From the IMG/VR virus record IMGVR_UViG_3300030103_004816: a stretch of 64,000 nucleotides of DNA, one strand, 5' to 3'. Of this stretch, positions 31,298 through 41,135 are shown piece by piece; within the stretch, counting starts at the first letter, position 1, and every line of letters starts with the position of its first letter. Under the pieces are notes generated by a model. It was not told the DNA's origin. It worked only from the letters and a program-made list of their open reading frames with translations, and searched no databases. This stretch comes from a virus. Position numbers and translations under genes: made by a program.

Positions 31298-32073
31298 CTC
31301 ATAAAATTATCGTACAAATATTTAGCGTACTCCTTATGCGCCTCTGGTCCTGGATGACCTAAAGGCATTTTCTTTAAATTATTTTTATCAGTAAACTCTT
31401 CAAAGGTTAATGTTGCATTATCAAACCCTATTCGTTGATTACCAGTAAATGTGCTATCTATATTATCAACATATTCTTTAATAAGTTCTAATCTTGGACC
31501 CTTCACATTAAGATTATATTGATTAAATGTTTTTTCAATAGTATATTTGTTTCCTTGATGAAACCAACCTTGATAATAATCTATACCTAACAAATTACAT
31601 GTCTCAGCTATATCTTGCATATAATTAAAGGTTTTACAAATACCTGTTTCATTAGTATATACTCTCGAATAATAATCCTCATACTCAGCTTTAAGTATCT
31701 TCCAGGGCATACTATTTAACCTTGCTGGAGAGAACTGAAAGAAAGGATCTGGTCTTTTTAAATCACCATTATTATCATATAACGGATTATTATGATTTTT
31801 ATTAATAGAATGAGTAACCATAGATGCTTCTATATGAACGCTTTCTACTCTGGCTAGATCACTCCATAATATTAAACATTTTTCAATATTTCTGTGACTG
31901 AATAATTTCCTTTTAGTCGTCCGCCATATTCTTTCATTTGAAGATCCAGGCCATGACGCATTAATAACGTCCATGCCAAGATGGTTACCAAGATGAGTAG
32001 AGTATCTTTCTTCTTCATGGTTAGTTAGTTCATCTCCATAACTAAAGCTGCACCCGTTAACTAATAATGTCAT
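31294..32073 (-). CDS. SGNH/GDSL-like hydrolase
   Basis: NGCSFSYG..GSSN..W...R..HP...H. Confidence 0.7.
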   Translation of the reverse strand: MTLLVNGCSFSYGDELTNHEEERYSTHLGNHLGMDVINASWPGSSNERIWRTTKRKLFSHRNIEKCLILWSDLARVESVHIEASMVTHSINKNHNNPLYDNNGDLKRPDPFFQFSPARLNSMPWKILKAEYEDYYSRVYTNETGICKTFNYMQDIAETCNLLGIDYYQGWFHQGNKYTIEKTFNQYNLNVKGPRLELIKEYVDNIDSTFTGNQRIGFDNATLTFEEFTDKNNLKKMPLGHPGPEAHKEYAKYLYDNFMR

Positions 32074-32815
32074 TTTCTTTTAAATAATCACTTAAATATT
32101 TACCCATAAACTCATGTGCTTCTCTTCCTGGATGTCCTAAGCTATAAAGCGAGTTAGGTAAATGGTTTTCTTTTCTTATAGTTTCAAAAGATCTCATATC
32201 AGCTTCTTTATATCCATGCACATGATCTCTTTCATCAAAATATTTTACATAATAATTAATATTTTCTAATAATAATTTATTATCTCTGTCATTAGTATCA
32301 AGCATATTAGCATGTCTAACATATCTTTCTAAATTAGATTTATATTGCATTTGAATAACTGGAATATTCTTAGCCTCGCATATAGATTGAACTCCTGCCA
32401 TTAGAGTAAGAGTATCTAATGCACCTTTACTCTCATTAGCAATAAACCCATAATACCCTTCCATTGCCTCTCTTAAATAATAATCTTTTATATTATTAGT
32501 ATTTTGAGGTGTTATTTGATTAATACCATTATCAAAATGACTATTGTCCCATAACCCAGGTTTAAAGACTTCAGATCTTAAAGCATCTGACCACATAATA
32601 ACTACTAACTCAGGACTATTGCCAGCGCTTATATACTTTATAAATTTTCTATATATATTAAAGTTACAAGAAGCTGGTTCAGCTTCATTAATAATTTCTT
32701 TATCTAATAATTGAGAAATAATAGTAGGATAGCAATACTTACTACATGTTTCTAAATTATCATGCTTACCAGTGCCTATACCGTAAGTATAACTACATCC
32801 ATTAAAATAAATCAT
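32057..32815 (-). CDS. SGNH/GDSL-like hydrolase (paralog)
   Basis: FNGCSYTYG..N..WS..R..HP...H. Confidence 0.7.
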   Translation of the reverse strand: MIYFNGCSYTYGIGTGKHDNLETCSKYCYPTIISQLLDKEIINEAEPASCNFNIYRKFIKYISAGNSPELVVIMWSDALRSEVFKPGLWDNSHFDNGINQITPQNTNNIKDYYLREAMEGYYGFIANESKGALDTLTLMAGVQSICEAKNIPVIQMQYKSNLERYVRHANMLDTNDRDNKLLLENINYYVKYFDERDHVHGYKEADMRSFETIRKENHLPNSLYSLGHPGREAHEFMGKYLSDYLKENDIIS

Positions 32816-32943
32816 TCTTCATAAATGAAAGGATCATTCTTTTTCATTCTCCATAATTTATATTTTATTAATAACTTCCTATAAATTCTCTGAAAGAAAT
32901 TTAATTTAGTTTTTTTACTTTTAAACTTCGAGAGCTCGTCCAT
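32812..32943 (-). CDS. Small protein ending DPFIYEE (carbamoyltransferase-associated type)
   Basis: Manual translation MDELSKFKSK..KLWRMKKNDPFIYEE; abuts both neighbouring genes. Confidence 0.55.
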   Translation of the reverse strand: MDELSKFKSKKTKLNFFQRIYRKLLIKYKLWRMKKNDPFIYEE

Positions 32944-33596
32944 TAACTTAACCTTTTATAATCATTACCATATAATGAAACCATTGAAGTAGTTTCAATA
33001 TCTTCTGGCTTAACAGTTTTTCTTTCTTCACTTTTAGGGAAGCCTAATGGGTCTTGATAAGCAATAGAAAAGCGTCCATAACCTTCATGTATCTTAGTAG
33101 GAGCAATTCCAGCATGATCGACTTCTCCTGGAAAGATTACTATTCTACCTGGTTTAGGATTAACGCAATCAATAACATTATGATCACTGTCTGCAAATTT
33201 AGTTTCACCACCCCAATTATAATCCCAACACTTATTAGGATAAACCATATATGTAAGTCCATCTGGATTATTAGGTGAGTCTTTATGATACATAGGTGAA
33301 TCACCAAACTTAAAATTATTCATTAACGCTCTAGAAAATAAAGGTGTCTTTATATCTAACTCAGCTAATCTCTTAGTCATAATATCATTTATATCTTGAA
33401 TTATACCATGAAAGCCAACCCATTGCTCGTACTTAAGAGATTTACAAAGAGTAGCAGACTTAGCTCCATACTCTTGCATATCATATCCTAAGCCCCAAAA
33501 AGGATAGCTAGCAAAATAATTATCCATTACTTCTAATTGGCTGTCAGAAAAGACGCCATCGACCACAGTACATACTTTAGATTTAATCACCTTCAT
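32943..33596 (-). CDS. 2OG-Fe(II) oxygenase
   Basis: HKD..W...WGGET..PKPGRIVIF....H..R.SIAY. Confidence 0.85.
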   Translation of the reverse strand: MKVIKSKVCTVVDGVFSDSQLEVMDNYFASYPFWGLGYDMQEYGAKSATLCKSLKYEQWVGFHGIIQDINDIMTKRLAELDIKTPLFSRALMNNFKFGDSPMYHKDSPNNPDGLTYMVYPNKCWDYNWGGETKFADSDHNVIDCVNPKPGRIVIFPGEVDHAGIAPTKIHEGYGRFSIAYQDPLGFPKSEERKTVKPEDIETTSMVSLYGNDYKRLS

Positions 33597-33609
33597 AATA
33601 ATATTTATC

Positions 33610-33879
33610 CTAACTATTTCGCCTTGTAAAACTATCTATTAAAGCGTCACCTTCAAGTTTATTACCAAAGTAATGTATAACTTTACCGTTTTTAGATCTT
33701 TCAATTAAGCCGTTATTATATTCTGTATCTGTAACAGAACCATCTTTGGTATCGTCTGGTCTATCATCATATGCCATACTACTTAAAGAATGAACATGTA
33801 TACCTTTTATACCAGAAGCCCATTCTTCAGCAGCAAGTAATATTCTCTGCTTTTCTACTATATCATCATATTGACTCAT
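33610..33879 (-). CDS. Hypothetical protein (likely start MSQYDD at 33879)
   Basis: AGGAG RBS upstream of 33879. Confidence 0.6.
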   Translation of the reverse strand: MSQYDDIVEKQRILLAAEEWASGIKGIHVHSLSSMAYDDRPDDTKDGSVTDTEYNNGLIERSKNGKVIHYFGNKLEGDALIDSFTRRNS

Positions 33880-33887
33880 AAACGCTC

Positions 33888-34010
33888 CTAATGATGTCCT
33901 ATATGCATTCCTAATAGTACTCCTAAACCAAATACTATCCAATCCATAAAGAAATGAAGAATAAATGATGCAGCAAATATCTCCTTCCAATGAACTTTAC
34001 ATATACCCAT
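33888..34010 (-). CDS. Small membrane peptide
   Basis: Manual translation MGICKVHWKEIFAASFILHFFMDWIVFGLGVLLGMHIGHH. Confidence 0.5.
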   Translation of the reverse strand: MGICKVHWKEIFAASFILHFFMDWIVFGLGVLLGMHIGHH

Positions 34011-34032
34011 CTTCTCTTTTATATATTCCATA

Positions 34033-34470
34033 TTAAAAATCTCCTGGTGCTACTTGACAGCAAGTTAGCCCTCTATCTCTCCACATATCAACAACAGTAT
34101 CTCTATCATCGAATACCAATGTAGGATTATATCCTATACTAATAAGATGATCAAGCATACCTGACTTAAGAATTTGATCCTGATCATAGTTATCATCAGG
34201 TCTCATTATCATAGTATCATAAGGTATATCTTTTAACTGTAATGCAGTTATATCATGCTGAGCTTGATTCCTACCAGTTAAAATAACTATTCTATGACCC
34301 TGCGCTGCAAGCGCTTTAGCAACAGAATGAATCTGATCTTTAGGTGTATCTAATTTAGTATCATCAACAAAAGCTTTCCAGTCTTTTTTGCCCATAGAAC
34401 CATCTAAGTATTTTCTCCTATGGTCTAGGTCCATTAAAGTACCATCTACATCAAAAATTACGTCCATCAT
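34033..34470 (-). CDS. HAD phosphatase (PseT/Pnkp 3'-phosphatase domain)
   Basis: FDVDGTL..TGR..MR..D..K..VFDDR..VV.MWR..GL.C.QVA.GDF. Confidence 0.9.
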   Translation of the reverse strand: MMDVIFDVDGTLMDLDHRRKYLDGSMGKKDWKAFVDDTKLDTPKDQIHSVAKALAAQGHRIVILTGRNQAQHDITALQLKDIPYDTMIMRPDDNYDQDQILKSGMLDHLISIGYNPTLVFDDRDTVVDMWRDRGLTCCQVAPGDF

Positions 34471-34642
34471 TTAATTCCGGTTCATGAATAAGTTTAATAA
34501 TAATAAAATTACCTTCTTTTTTACCTTGACTGTAAAGCATATCATACATATGCCCAGCGCCGTCTCTATGTCCTTGTCTATAACCAATATATTGAGCTAA
34601 CATCCCAACACCTACGGCTACAATTACAAATATTTCAGTCAT
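34451..34642 (-). CDS. Small membrane protein
   Basis: N-terminal TM segment. Confidence 0.5.
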   Translation of the reverse strand: MTEIFVIVAVGVGMLAQYIGYRQGHRDGAGHMYDMLYSQGKKEGNFIIIKLIHEPELNDGRNF

Positions 34643-35141
34643 AACGTCCTTCCTCTAATCCTATCGAGAAGCCAAACCTAGCTCCTTGAGGTTCCGGCGT
34701 ATGATATACACCACAAGGTATATAAAGTAAATCGCCGTTATATAAATTATAACTTATTTCGTTATCAAATGCAAATTTAGTTATACCTGATCCTTGTATA
34801 AAAAATACATTAGCTGTATCTTTATGTCTACCAAAATTCCCTGACTCTTTAGATAAAGAACCATATAAATGAATTGTAGTATCTCCAGTACGAGAAGGAA
34901 AGGTATTCTGTAATTGCTCACCTATATCAACTATTTGTTGAAATTTATCATTTAAAAAATGAATAAGAAAGCCGCCTGCTTTCATATGCTTAGTTAATTG
35001 TTTATCCATATTCATAAGCTCAATAACATCATCCCATTTATAACTAAGGACAGGTACAGCATTAGGAATATAAAAAGGGGTGCGGCTATTAACCGCATCC
35101 CTTAGTTCTTTAGATTGTAACCAACTAGGCAGCTTCTGCAT
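34635..35141 (-). CDS. JmjC/cupin oxygenase
   Basis: FGRHKD..GDLLYIP.G.YH. Confidence 0.8.
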   Translation of the reverse strand: MQKLPSWLQSKELRDAVNSRTPFYIPNAVPVLSYKWDDVIELMNMDKQLTKHMKAGGFLIHFLNDKFQQIVDIGEQLQNTFPSRTGDTTIHLYGSLSKESGNFGRHKDTANVFFIQGSGITKFAFDNEISYNLYNGDLLYIPCGVYHTPEPQGARFGFSIGLEEGRYD

Positions 35142-36060
35142 ACTCTAATGCCTTTTCTAATGCCTTAATCTTAAGGTTCTTAGACTGACCATACCAAGCA
35201 CTTTGAAGTCTAGCATCGCTATCATTACCTCTCTCATGATCAGTATAGTAAGTAACAGCGTTAAATGCTGACCACCATGACCCTTGAGCGAAGTTAGCTC
35301 CAGGTTGAGAGTTAAGTAGTTCTTCTAGTCTTTGACCAGGTCTAGATATTACAAGTTCATCTGACTCTTTCTTAGAGTAAGTAGGGAATAGATCATTGAA
35401 ATATTCTCTAACGTTATCTAATTTAAACTGCTTATTACCTAAGAAAGCAGCCATCTCTTTATACTGATTAAGTTTAAATTCAGCTACACCTAGCATTCTT
35501 TTTACTTCTTCAGCATCGAATTGCTTCTTATGATTAAGTTTAACAGCATTTTGAGACTCTTGGCTAAGAGAAAGAGTTAAGGTGTTATTACATACTACTC
35601 TTATAGGTGTAAATCTAACATCAATAGATTGTCCGAATCTATGAGGGTTAGTAAATAGTAAATAAGAATCTACTTTATCACCACCGAATAACTCGAATGA
35701 GTCATTTACTTTAGCTAGACCCCATACTATTTGACCACCTTTAAGCGATCCTGCAGTATGCATCTGCATATCTCCTGATCTGACGAAGTCATCAAAGAAC
35801 TCAAAAGCTTCGATATTCTGAACTGGGTTCCAGTTCTTACCAACTATATCTAATACTTTATCATCAGAAGATCTAACCAATGCTTTCTTTTCAGGTACTT
35901 CAGCACCTTCTAAAGTAACAAGGGTTTGTTTCTCAACAGTCCAATCAAGTCCAGCTGATTCCATCATTTGCTGGGGCGAAAGATCAGCAGGTACTTGTTG
36001 ACCAAGACCGTGCCATGGAACTTCTCCAGCGTACGCCATCGTTTCAATTTCATGTGACAT
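35125..36060 (-). CDS. DUF932-family protein
   Basis: MSHEIETMAY....PWHGLG..AGSL..G..TPIRVVCNNTL..W.AFNAVT. Confidence 0.9.
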   Translation of the reverse strand: MSHEIETMAYAGEVPWHGLGQQVPADLSPQQMMESAGLDWTVEKQTLVTLEGAEVPEKKALVRSSDDKVLDIVGKNWNPVQNIEAFEFFDDFVRSGDMQMHTAGSLKGGQIVWGLAKVNDSFELFGGDKVDSYLLFTNPHRFGQSIDVRFTPIRVVCNNTLTLSLSQESQNAVKLNHKKQFDAEEVKRMLGVAEFKLNQYKEMAAFLGNKQFKLDNVREYFNDLFPTYSKKESDELVISRPGQRLEELLNSQPGANFAQGSWWSAFNAVTYYTDHERGNDSDARLQSAWYGQSKNLKIKALEKALEYAEAA

Positions 36061-36101
36061 AATATTCTCCTTTTTAATTAGTCAATTTATTTTATAACTA
36101 T

Positions 36102-36130
36102 ATTATAGTCGCTAGAGCGCAAAAGGTCAA
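36102..36130 (-). promoter_or_regulatory. Sigma70-type early promoter
   Basis: TTGACC-17-TATAAT upstream of the DUF932 gene, which has an AGGAGA RBS. Confidence 0.75.
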
Positions 36131-36136
36131 CTCCTT

Positions 36137-36667
36137 TTACCAATTAATTCCATTTCTTTGTAATAGTCTTTTTCTATCTTTAGTAAAGTATTGAACATTA
36201 AAACATATCCTTTCATTAGTATCTTTTTGAAGCTTTGGCCTATGATATGTCCAGAAAGGCATAATGTATAATTTATTTTCTTTTACTTTAATTAACTCTT
36301 TAGAAAATTTATTCTCTAAAGGTCTTACATTAAGTATTTCTAACTCCCCACCTTCCTTAGGAGTCTCTAAATAAAAGACAGTATTAAGTTCAGCTTCAGG
36401 ATGATTATGCCATACTGATCTATTATTAGTATTATTTTGTACATATCCCCAGACTTTAAATTCACCTCTAGGTTGAGGAAGGGGATGAAAATGATATTGA
36501 ATTATTTCAAGCCATTGCGGCTTTATTATATCTACTACTTCGGGTATATTTACCTTCTTACTATACCCTCGATTATCTTTATTATTGTAATAATCGTCTA
36601 TAAGAGCTTGTTTATAAGGTAACAGCTTATCTTTGATATCAAAATCTGCTTCAAAGAGCTCAGCCAT
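36137..36667 (-). CDS. Putative 2OG-Fe(II) oxygenase
   Basis: WHNH..VFYL..GG.L..P...HR..RICFN. Confidence 0.75.
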   Translation of the reverse strand: MAELFEADFDIKDKLLPYKQALIDDYYNNKDNRGYSKKVNIPEVVDIIKPQWLEIIQYHFHPLPQPRGEFKVWGYVQNNTNNRSVWHNHPEAELNTVFYLETPKEGGELEILNVRPLENKFSKELIKVKENKLYIMPFWTYHRPKLQKDTNERICFNVQYFTKDRKRLLQRNGINW

Positions 36668-37050
36668 TAATAAGTTCTAGGAATAGGTTTACCTGCTGGA
36701 TTAAGAGTATAGTCAATACCGTTAATATATAATTTATTATTTTTCCAAAATCTAATAGTTTTAGGATTATCTGTATTACTACCTTGCTCTAAAACATAAA
36801 CAGCGTTAACATTATCTAAATCACCATATTCCGTTTTACGATCTAGATCAGTAAAAGCAATATCAATGTTTGTATACATCTGTCTACCAAGTTCTTGTAC
36901 TAATGCAGGTTCTTGAAATAAGTTCTCAGTCCATAGAAGCCATTTTCCTGAGTTAGTAACTTCTGGGTCTTCTATAATTTTATATTCCCATATAGTATAA
37001 TCAGCTAGAGCCGGATCATCGGTTATATAATCGTCTATTCCATTACTCAT
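36667..37050 (-). CDS. Hypothetical protein
   Basis: Packed ORF with RBS. Confidence 0.55.
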   Translation of the reverse strand: MSNGIDDYITDDPALADYTIWEYKIIEDPEVTNSGKWLLWTENLFQEPALVQELGRQMYTNIDIAFTDLDRKTEYGDLDNVNAVYVLEQGSNTDNPKTIRFWKNNKLYINGIDYTLNPAGKPIPRTY

Positions 37051-37742
37051 AAAATTTTCTCCTTATAATACTTCTTATCTTCTTCAGTTATAATAGGTAA
37101 GTCATCTCGCTCAATAACACCTGTAATATTATCTTTCCAATACTCCTGTTTTAATGGATCAAAGTATTGCATTAATGAACCTACTTCTGATTCAACATCT
37201 ACAAAATGAAAATAATGCTGAAAAGCATAATCATTATTGTAAGGTTCTCTATGATGAGGTATTTCCATACCTTTATATATTAATATATCACCAACCTTAA
37301 GATCGACCTTTTGTTTACCATTATTTGCTTGCAACCAAACTGGCCAAGGTGGTCCAGAATAAGCAATAGGCATAGTTACCGAAACCTCACAAGAAGCTCT
37401 ATCAGTATGCCATTGCATTCCACTTTTATCATCTAGATGAATTCTACCATAATGATAAGTAGGCAATAATCTCATATTGATAGTTTCTTGTATGTAATCT
37501 AACAAGAAAGAATGTATCTTTGCATATGGATTATTTATGCCAAACTGTGCCTGTATAGAATAACTATAAGCATCATCAAAGTTTTTATATTCAGTACCAA
37601 ATAGAGGATCAATATCAGTTACATACTTATCTAAATTTTTATTAGAAAAGTCAATAACCTCATCAATTAATTCTACTGGTATAACATCTCTACCTATTAA
37701 ATAGCCATCTTTACTCAATTTTGAGCGATTAATATTATCCAT
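37047..37742 (-). CDS. 2OG-Fe(II) oxygenase-like
   Basis: LLPTY..HTDR.SCEVSVT..GD..IY.G....H.RE..Q..FHFV. Confidence 0.75.
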   Translation of the reverse strand: MDNINRSKLSKDGYLIGRDVIPVELIDEVIDFSNKNLDKYVTDIDPLFGTEYKNFDDAYSYSIQAQFGINNPYAKIHSFLLDYIQETINMRLLPTYHYGRIHLDDKSGMQWHTDRASCEVSVTMPIAYSGPPWPVWLQANNGKQKVDLKVGDILIYKGMEIPHHREPYNNDYAFQHYFHFVDVESEVGSLMQYFDPLKQEYWKDNITGVIERDDLPIITEEDKKYYKEKIL

Positions 37743-37753
37743 ATAGTTATTTA

Positions 37754-38110
37754 TTACTTCTTACCAATAAACTTTAGGTCAGAATTAGGTACCACTTGAT
37801 AAGCACCTTTATTATAAGCAGGCGCAATAGTATAGTTAGAAGAGATCTTTAATCTCTCTTCTGCAAATTTCTTTTCTTCTTGAATACGTTTAGCTTTATC
37901 AAAGTCAGACTCTAAAGAAGGAGTTAACTTAGCCTTTAGTTCTCTTAAGTCAGACATATAAGCCGGCTCAGGAGCCCGGGAGGGGGCCTCATAATTTCTG
38001 GAGGTATTGAAACTATGAGACTTCTTTTTAGGTTTAGATAAACTATTAGTCTTCCTTTTACGTCCATGCATATCATAGCGTAAAGAGTTAACAGCGTTTA
38101 TCATACCCAT
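37754..38110 (-). CDS. Conserved hypothetical phage protein
   Basis: C-terminal IAPAYNKGAYQV motif. Confidence 0.65.
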   Translation of the reverse strand: MGMINAVNSLRYDMHGRKRKTNSLSKPKKKSHSFNTSRNYEAPSRAPEPAYMSDLRELKAKLTPSLESDFDKAKRIQEEKKFAEERLKISSNYTIAPAYNKGAYQVVPNSDLKFIGKK

Positions 38111-38325
38111 TATACTACCTTTAATCCTTCTCCAGACATTGCATAATTATATGCAAAAGATAGTAACCTATCTGGATTAGTTTCGTTCGCTACTTTCATC
38201 ATCGCTTTAGTTTTAGTTTCTTGTTTAGCATGAGATTCTACAATCATAGTAACCATAGCTTCTTTTCTTTCACCTAAACTTCCTGCGTCGCGTACCATAT
38301 TTAAATGATCAGTTAAGTTTAACAT
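38110..38325 (-). CDS. Hypothetical protein
   Basis: AGGAGA RBS and TATAAT upstream. Confidence 0.6.
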   Translation of the reverse strand: MLNLTDHLNMVRDAGSLGERKEAMVTMIVESHAKQETKTKAMMKVANETNPDRLLSFAYNYAMSGEGLKVV

Positions 38326-38388
38326 ATTTTTTCTCCTAATATATTACTATATTATATACTCAAACCTATTTAAAATCTACTGTTTTTT

Positions 38389-38420
38389 AAAAAAAAGTGG
38401 GAGACTTTTCATTCTCCCAT
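38389..38420 (-). terminator. Intrinsic terminator
   Basis: TGGGAGA-N8-TCTCCCA hairpin followed by a T-run on the minus strand. Confidence 0.75.
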
Positions 38421-38472
38421 GGGCTTTCAGTGACCACCTGTCATAGCGACGTCCTATGACTAACGAAAGCAA

Positions 38473-38730
38473 TTAAGAAGCAGCTCTTAATGCTTTATAC
38501 CCGGCTGCAACTACAGCCTTAGTTGGTGTACCTACTCTATAAAACGTTTTAGTTCTACCTGCAGTATCAGTCTTTGAGTTAGCATAAACTGCTACCCCAT
38601 TAGATCTCAAATCAGAGATACGAGCTCTAATTGTTGCAGGAGTAGTATTGAAAAAGTTAGCCATTTGAGCGGCTGTTCTTTCATTACCATTCGTTACAAG
38701 AGTATTATATACTTTATCAAATATTGACAT
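38473..38730 (-). CDS. Winged-helix DNA-binding protein
   Basis: TAAQMA..F..TPATIRARISDLR..G...Y..YRVG. Confidence 0.7.
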   Translation of the reverse strand: MSIFDKVYNTLVTNGNERTAAQMANFFNTTPATIRARISDLRSNGVAVYANSKTDTAGRTKTFYRVGTPTKAVVAAGYKALRAAS

Positions 38731-38802
38731 ATGTCATTCTCCATTATTAATGTAAATACACCACGTATTTACTTCTAAGTCCATATTATATGAACTTTTT
38801 AC

Positions 38803-39609
38803 CTATAAGTCAACTACTTTAGGGTAATCTTTACAGTTATTTAAGTATTGTTGAGGGTCTAACCATAAACCTTCCTGGTTAACAAGCCCTTTTTTGTAGT
38901 TCTTTTCAATTATACTATATAGTTTAGTATATGCAGCACTATCTTTAGGTGCAAAGCGTTCTGAACCGGGAGATGCTTGTACTGCTATCTTCTTTAATCT
39001 AGTATCAACAGCTAGTCCTTCTGATACCATCTGCAATGGGAGAGTAAAGTCTGAACCATAAACCCATGCAAGAGTCATATCATAACCGTAAGTTTGGTTA
39101 AAAGCATCGTTACTTATGATAAAACTATTAAGACATTGATGTTTTATACTAGGATCTTCTTCTAAACTATCGTACTTAGTACGTCCCCCACGGAAAAACT
39201 GAAAAGTCATCGGTATTTTATGCATAGGATCGTAATATTTAAGGAATTTACCCCCAACTAGCATGTCTTTACACTTTTCATCGTCTAAATCAATGACTAA
39301 ATCCATATCCATAAGGGCATTCCAGCGAAATCCCGTTTTTTTCATTAAAATATTGCGACAGACCTCATTTCCCCACCCAAAATCCTGTTCTACACGATAT
39401 CCCTTCCAATTTTTAGGTAAATTATCCGAATTTAACGGTTGTTCTTGTGAACCATCGTCGATTACCGTGAAATTGAAGTATTCTTCGTACGGTTTATAGT
39501 GTTCTACAACTTCCATGAACAAATCATAGTTGTTATAGTACGTATAGTTAATGTTAAGCCACTTTTGGGTCATAAAAAAATTGACAAGTACGTCTTTTCT
39601 TGTTTTCAA
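38803..39609 (-). CDS. GT-A fold (GT2-like) glycosyltransferase
   Basis: YTYYN..IDDGS..WGNEVCRN..DMD..GYD..YG.D. Confidence 0.75.
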   Translation of the reverse strand: MKTRKDVLVNFFMTQKWLNINYTYYNNYDLFMEVVEHYKPYEEYFNFTVIDDGSQEQPLNSDNLPKNWKGYRVEQDFGWGNEVCRNILMKKTGFRWNALMDMDLVIDLDDEKCKDMLVGGKFLKYYDPMHKIPMTFQFFRGGRTKYDSLEEDPSIKHQCLNSFIISNDAFNQTYGYDMTLAWVYGSDFTLPLQMVSEGLAVDTRLKKIAVQASPGSERFAPKDSAAYTKLYSIIEKNYKKGLVNQEGLWLDPQQYLNNCKDYPKVVDL

Positions 39610-40081
39610 ACACAGGAAGCGTGAAATGTAAGCAAGGTGCTATTACTAATACTCCCATACCATAAACGGGGCGCGTTATTATACTATCGCCGTAGGCGCC
39701 TCCGCCGTCCGAATCTGGATTTTCAATACAACAGTTATGCCCACCCCAATGCTCTTCCCATTCCTTATTAAGAAATACGGTAAGCCCGGCAATATGATTA
39801 ATATCGCTATGAGGTGGTATACATTGTCCATAACCTATTTCATGAAAACCTTTACGAATAATACTATCGTTAGGTATTTCATCTATATTATCAAATATAA
39901 AGTTATGTATATTACTATCGTCAAACTGATCATTCCAAGTATACTGCTTTAGTTCCCAGTGATCATGATCATTAGGGAAGTTAAAGTTCATATTAAAGTC
40001 ATTAAAGCATTCGTTATGATCAACGTCTACTACTATGTCTTTAAGTATATAACAATTGGAATAACGTTTGACTATTTCCAC
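39554..40081 (-). CDS. 2OG-Fe(II) oxygenase
   Basis: HSD..TVFLNKEW...WGG..H..PV..R...QFF. Confidence 0.8.
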   Translation of the reverse strand: MEIVKRYSNCYILKDIVVDVDHNECFNDFNMNFNFPNDHDHWELKQYTWNDQFDDSNIHNFIFDNIDEIPNDSIIRKGFHEIGYGQCIPPHSDINHIAGLTVFLNKEWEEHWGGHNCCIENPDSDGGGAYGDSIITRPVYGMGVLVIAPCLHFTLPVFENKKRRTCQFFYDPKVA

Positions 40082-40230
40082 TAGACAAGTTCTTCTAGAA
40101 TACCTAGACCTTCAGCTATTATTAATAATATACCGCAGGTAACAAAAGAACCGAACATAAGATAACATCCGGCAGCTATTCTTAATGCTGACTTAAGTAG
40201 TGATACGTTTAGATGATTAAGATTCCACAT
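40081..40230 (-). CDS. Small membrane protein (likely start MWNLNH)
   Basis: SLLKSALRI..AEGLGILEELV; GGAGA RBS. Confidence 0.55.
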   Translation of the reverse strand: MWNLNHLNVSLLKSALRIAAGCYLMFGSFVTCGILLIIAEGLGILEELV

Positions 40231-40330
40231 AATTATTCTCCATAATACTATATTATAGTCTCGTTTGTAGGCGAGGTCCACTTATGATATATGGACCCGG
40301 CGGCCTAAAGACATAAATATGTAGCTGTTA

Positions 40331-40567
40331 TCAATCCTCGAGAAGATTCTTATAGAGAGCATCAATGACAGGTTCAACCTGAAAGTCCATATGCCACTCA
40401 GGTAGACTTAGATATGTATACTCATTACATATAAGATCATCTAAGAACTCAAATATAGTAGTCTCCCACTTACCATTAAAATGACATGTACCTTCAATAG
40501 GACCGTCACCCAACGTCTCCTTATTATTGCGAATGTACTCTAATTTCTTTATATATTCTTTCTTCAT
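40331..40567 (-). CDS. Hypothetical protein
   Basis: GGAGA RBS and TATAAT upstream. Confidence 0.55.
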   Translation of the reverse strand: MKKEYIKKLEYIRNNKETLGDGPIEGTCHFNGKWETTIFEFLDDLICNEYTYLSLPEWHMDFQVEPVIDALYKNLLED

Positions 40568-40805
40568 ATTACTTCTCCGTTATACCAATATTATAACATT
40601 AATATACGAATAAAGCCACCCCCCTTTCAACTTATTTTTAGCGCGCAAAAATTTTTTAGATACGCGTTCTCAGAAAAAGTTTCAACCCTTTGAGAGACCG
40701 CCAACTGAACGCTGTTACCTAGATCCCGTATATCTGGAATTAATCCTGCCCCGAATCTGAGTGAAGTGGGCCCATTGCAGGGCCCTTAAGGATAATATGA
40801 AAAGA

Positions 40806-41135
40806 CTAAGTCACTAAATGCAGATGACGGGGGAATGTCACCTTTGCAGTTATAGCGTCTACGTCACTTCTACAGCTGGTTAGGTCACCGTCTTCGGTGG
40901 TACCTAATATAAGGCCTTTACCAGCATAGGCCTGTCCATCAAACTTAAAGAAGGCTTGATCGTTCTTCATCAGTCCCTCTTCATCTACAATCAATGCATC
41001 TTCATTGTCGAGTCTTGTCGGACAAAACTCTATCATGTTGCAATCAAGTAGCTCATACATCTCTTTAAGTCCAACAACAGCAGGTGTTTCCACCTGCTTG
41101 ATTGAGTTGCTGAACGGGTCAATTAAAATCGCCAT
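40806..41135 (-). CDS. DUF3846-like protein
   Basis: IDP..LDC..IE..VDEEGL..F...AG..LILG. Confidence 0.7.
   Translation of the reverse strand: MAILIDPFSNSIKQVETPAVVGLKEMYELLDCNMIEFCPTRLDNEDALIVDEEGLMKNDQAFFKFDGQAYAGKGLILGTTEDGDLTSCRSDVDAITAKVTFPRHLHLVT

Noticed and set aside
38421-38470. Hairpin GTCATAG..CTATGAC as a riboswitch
   Set aside because: It lies in a 3' trailer before a terminator and has no recognisable aptamer consensus.
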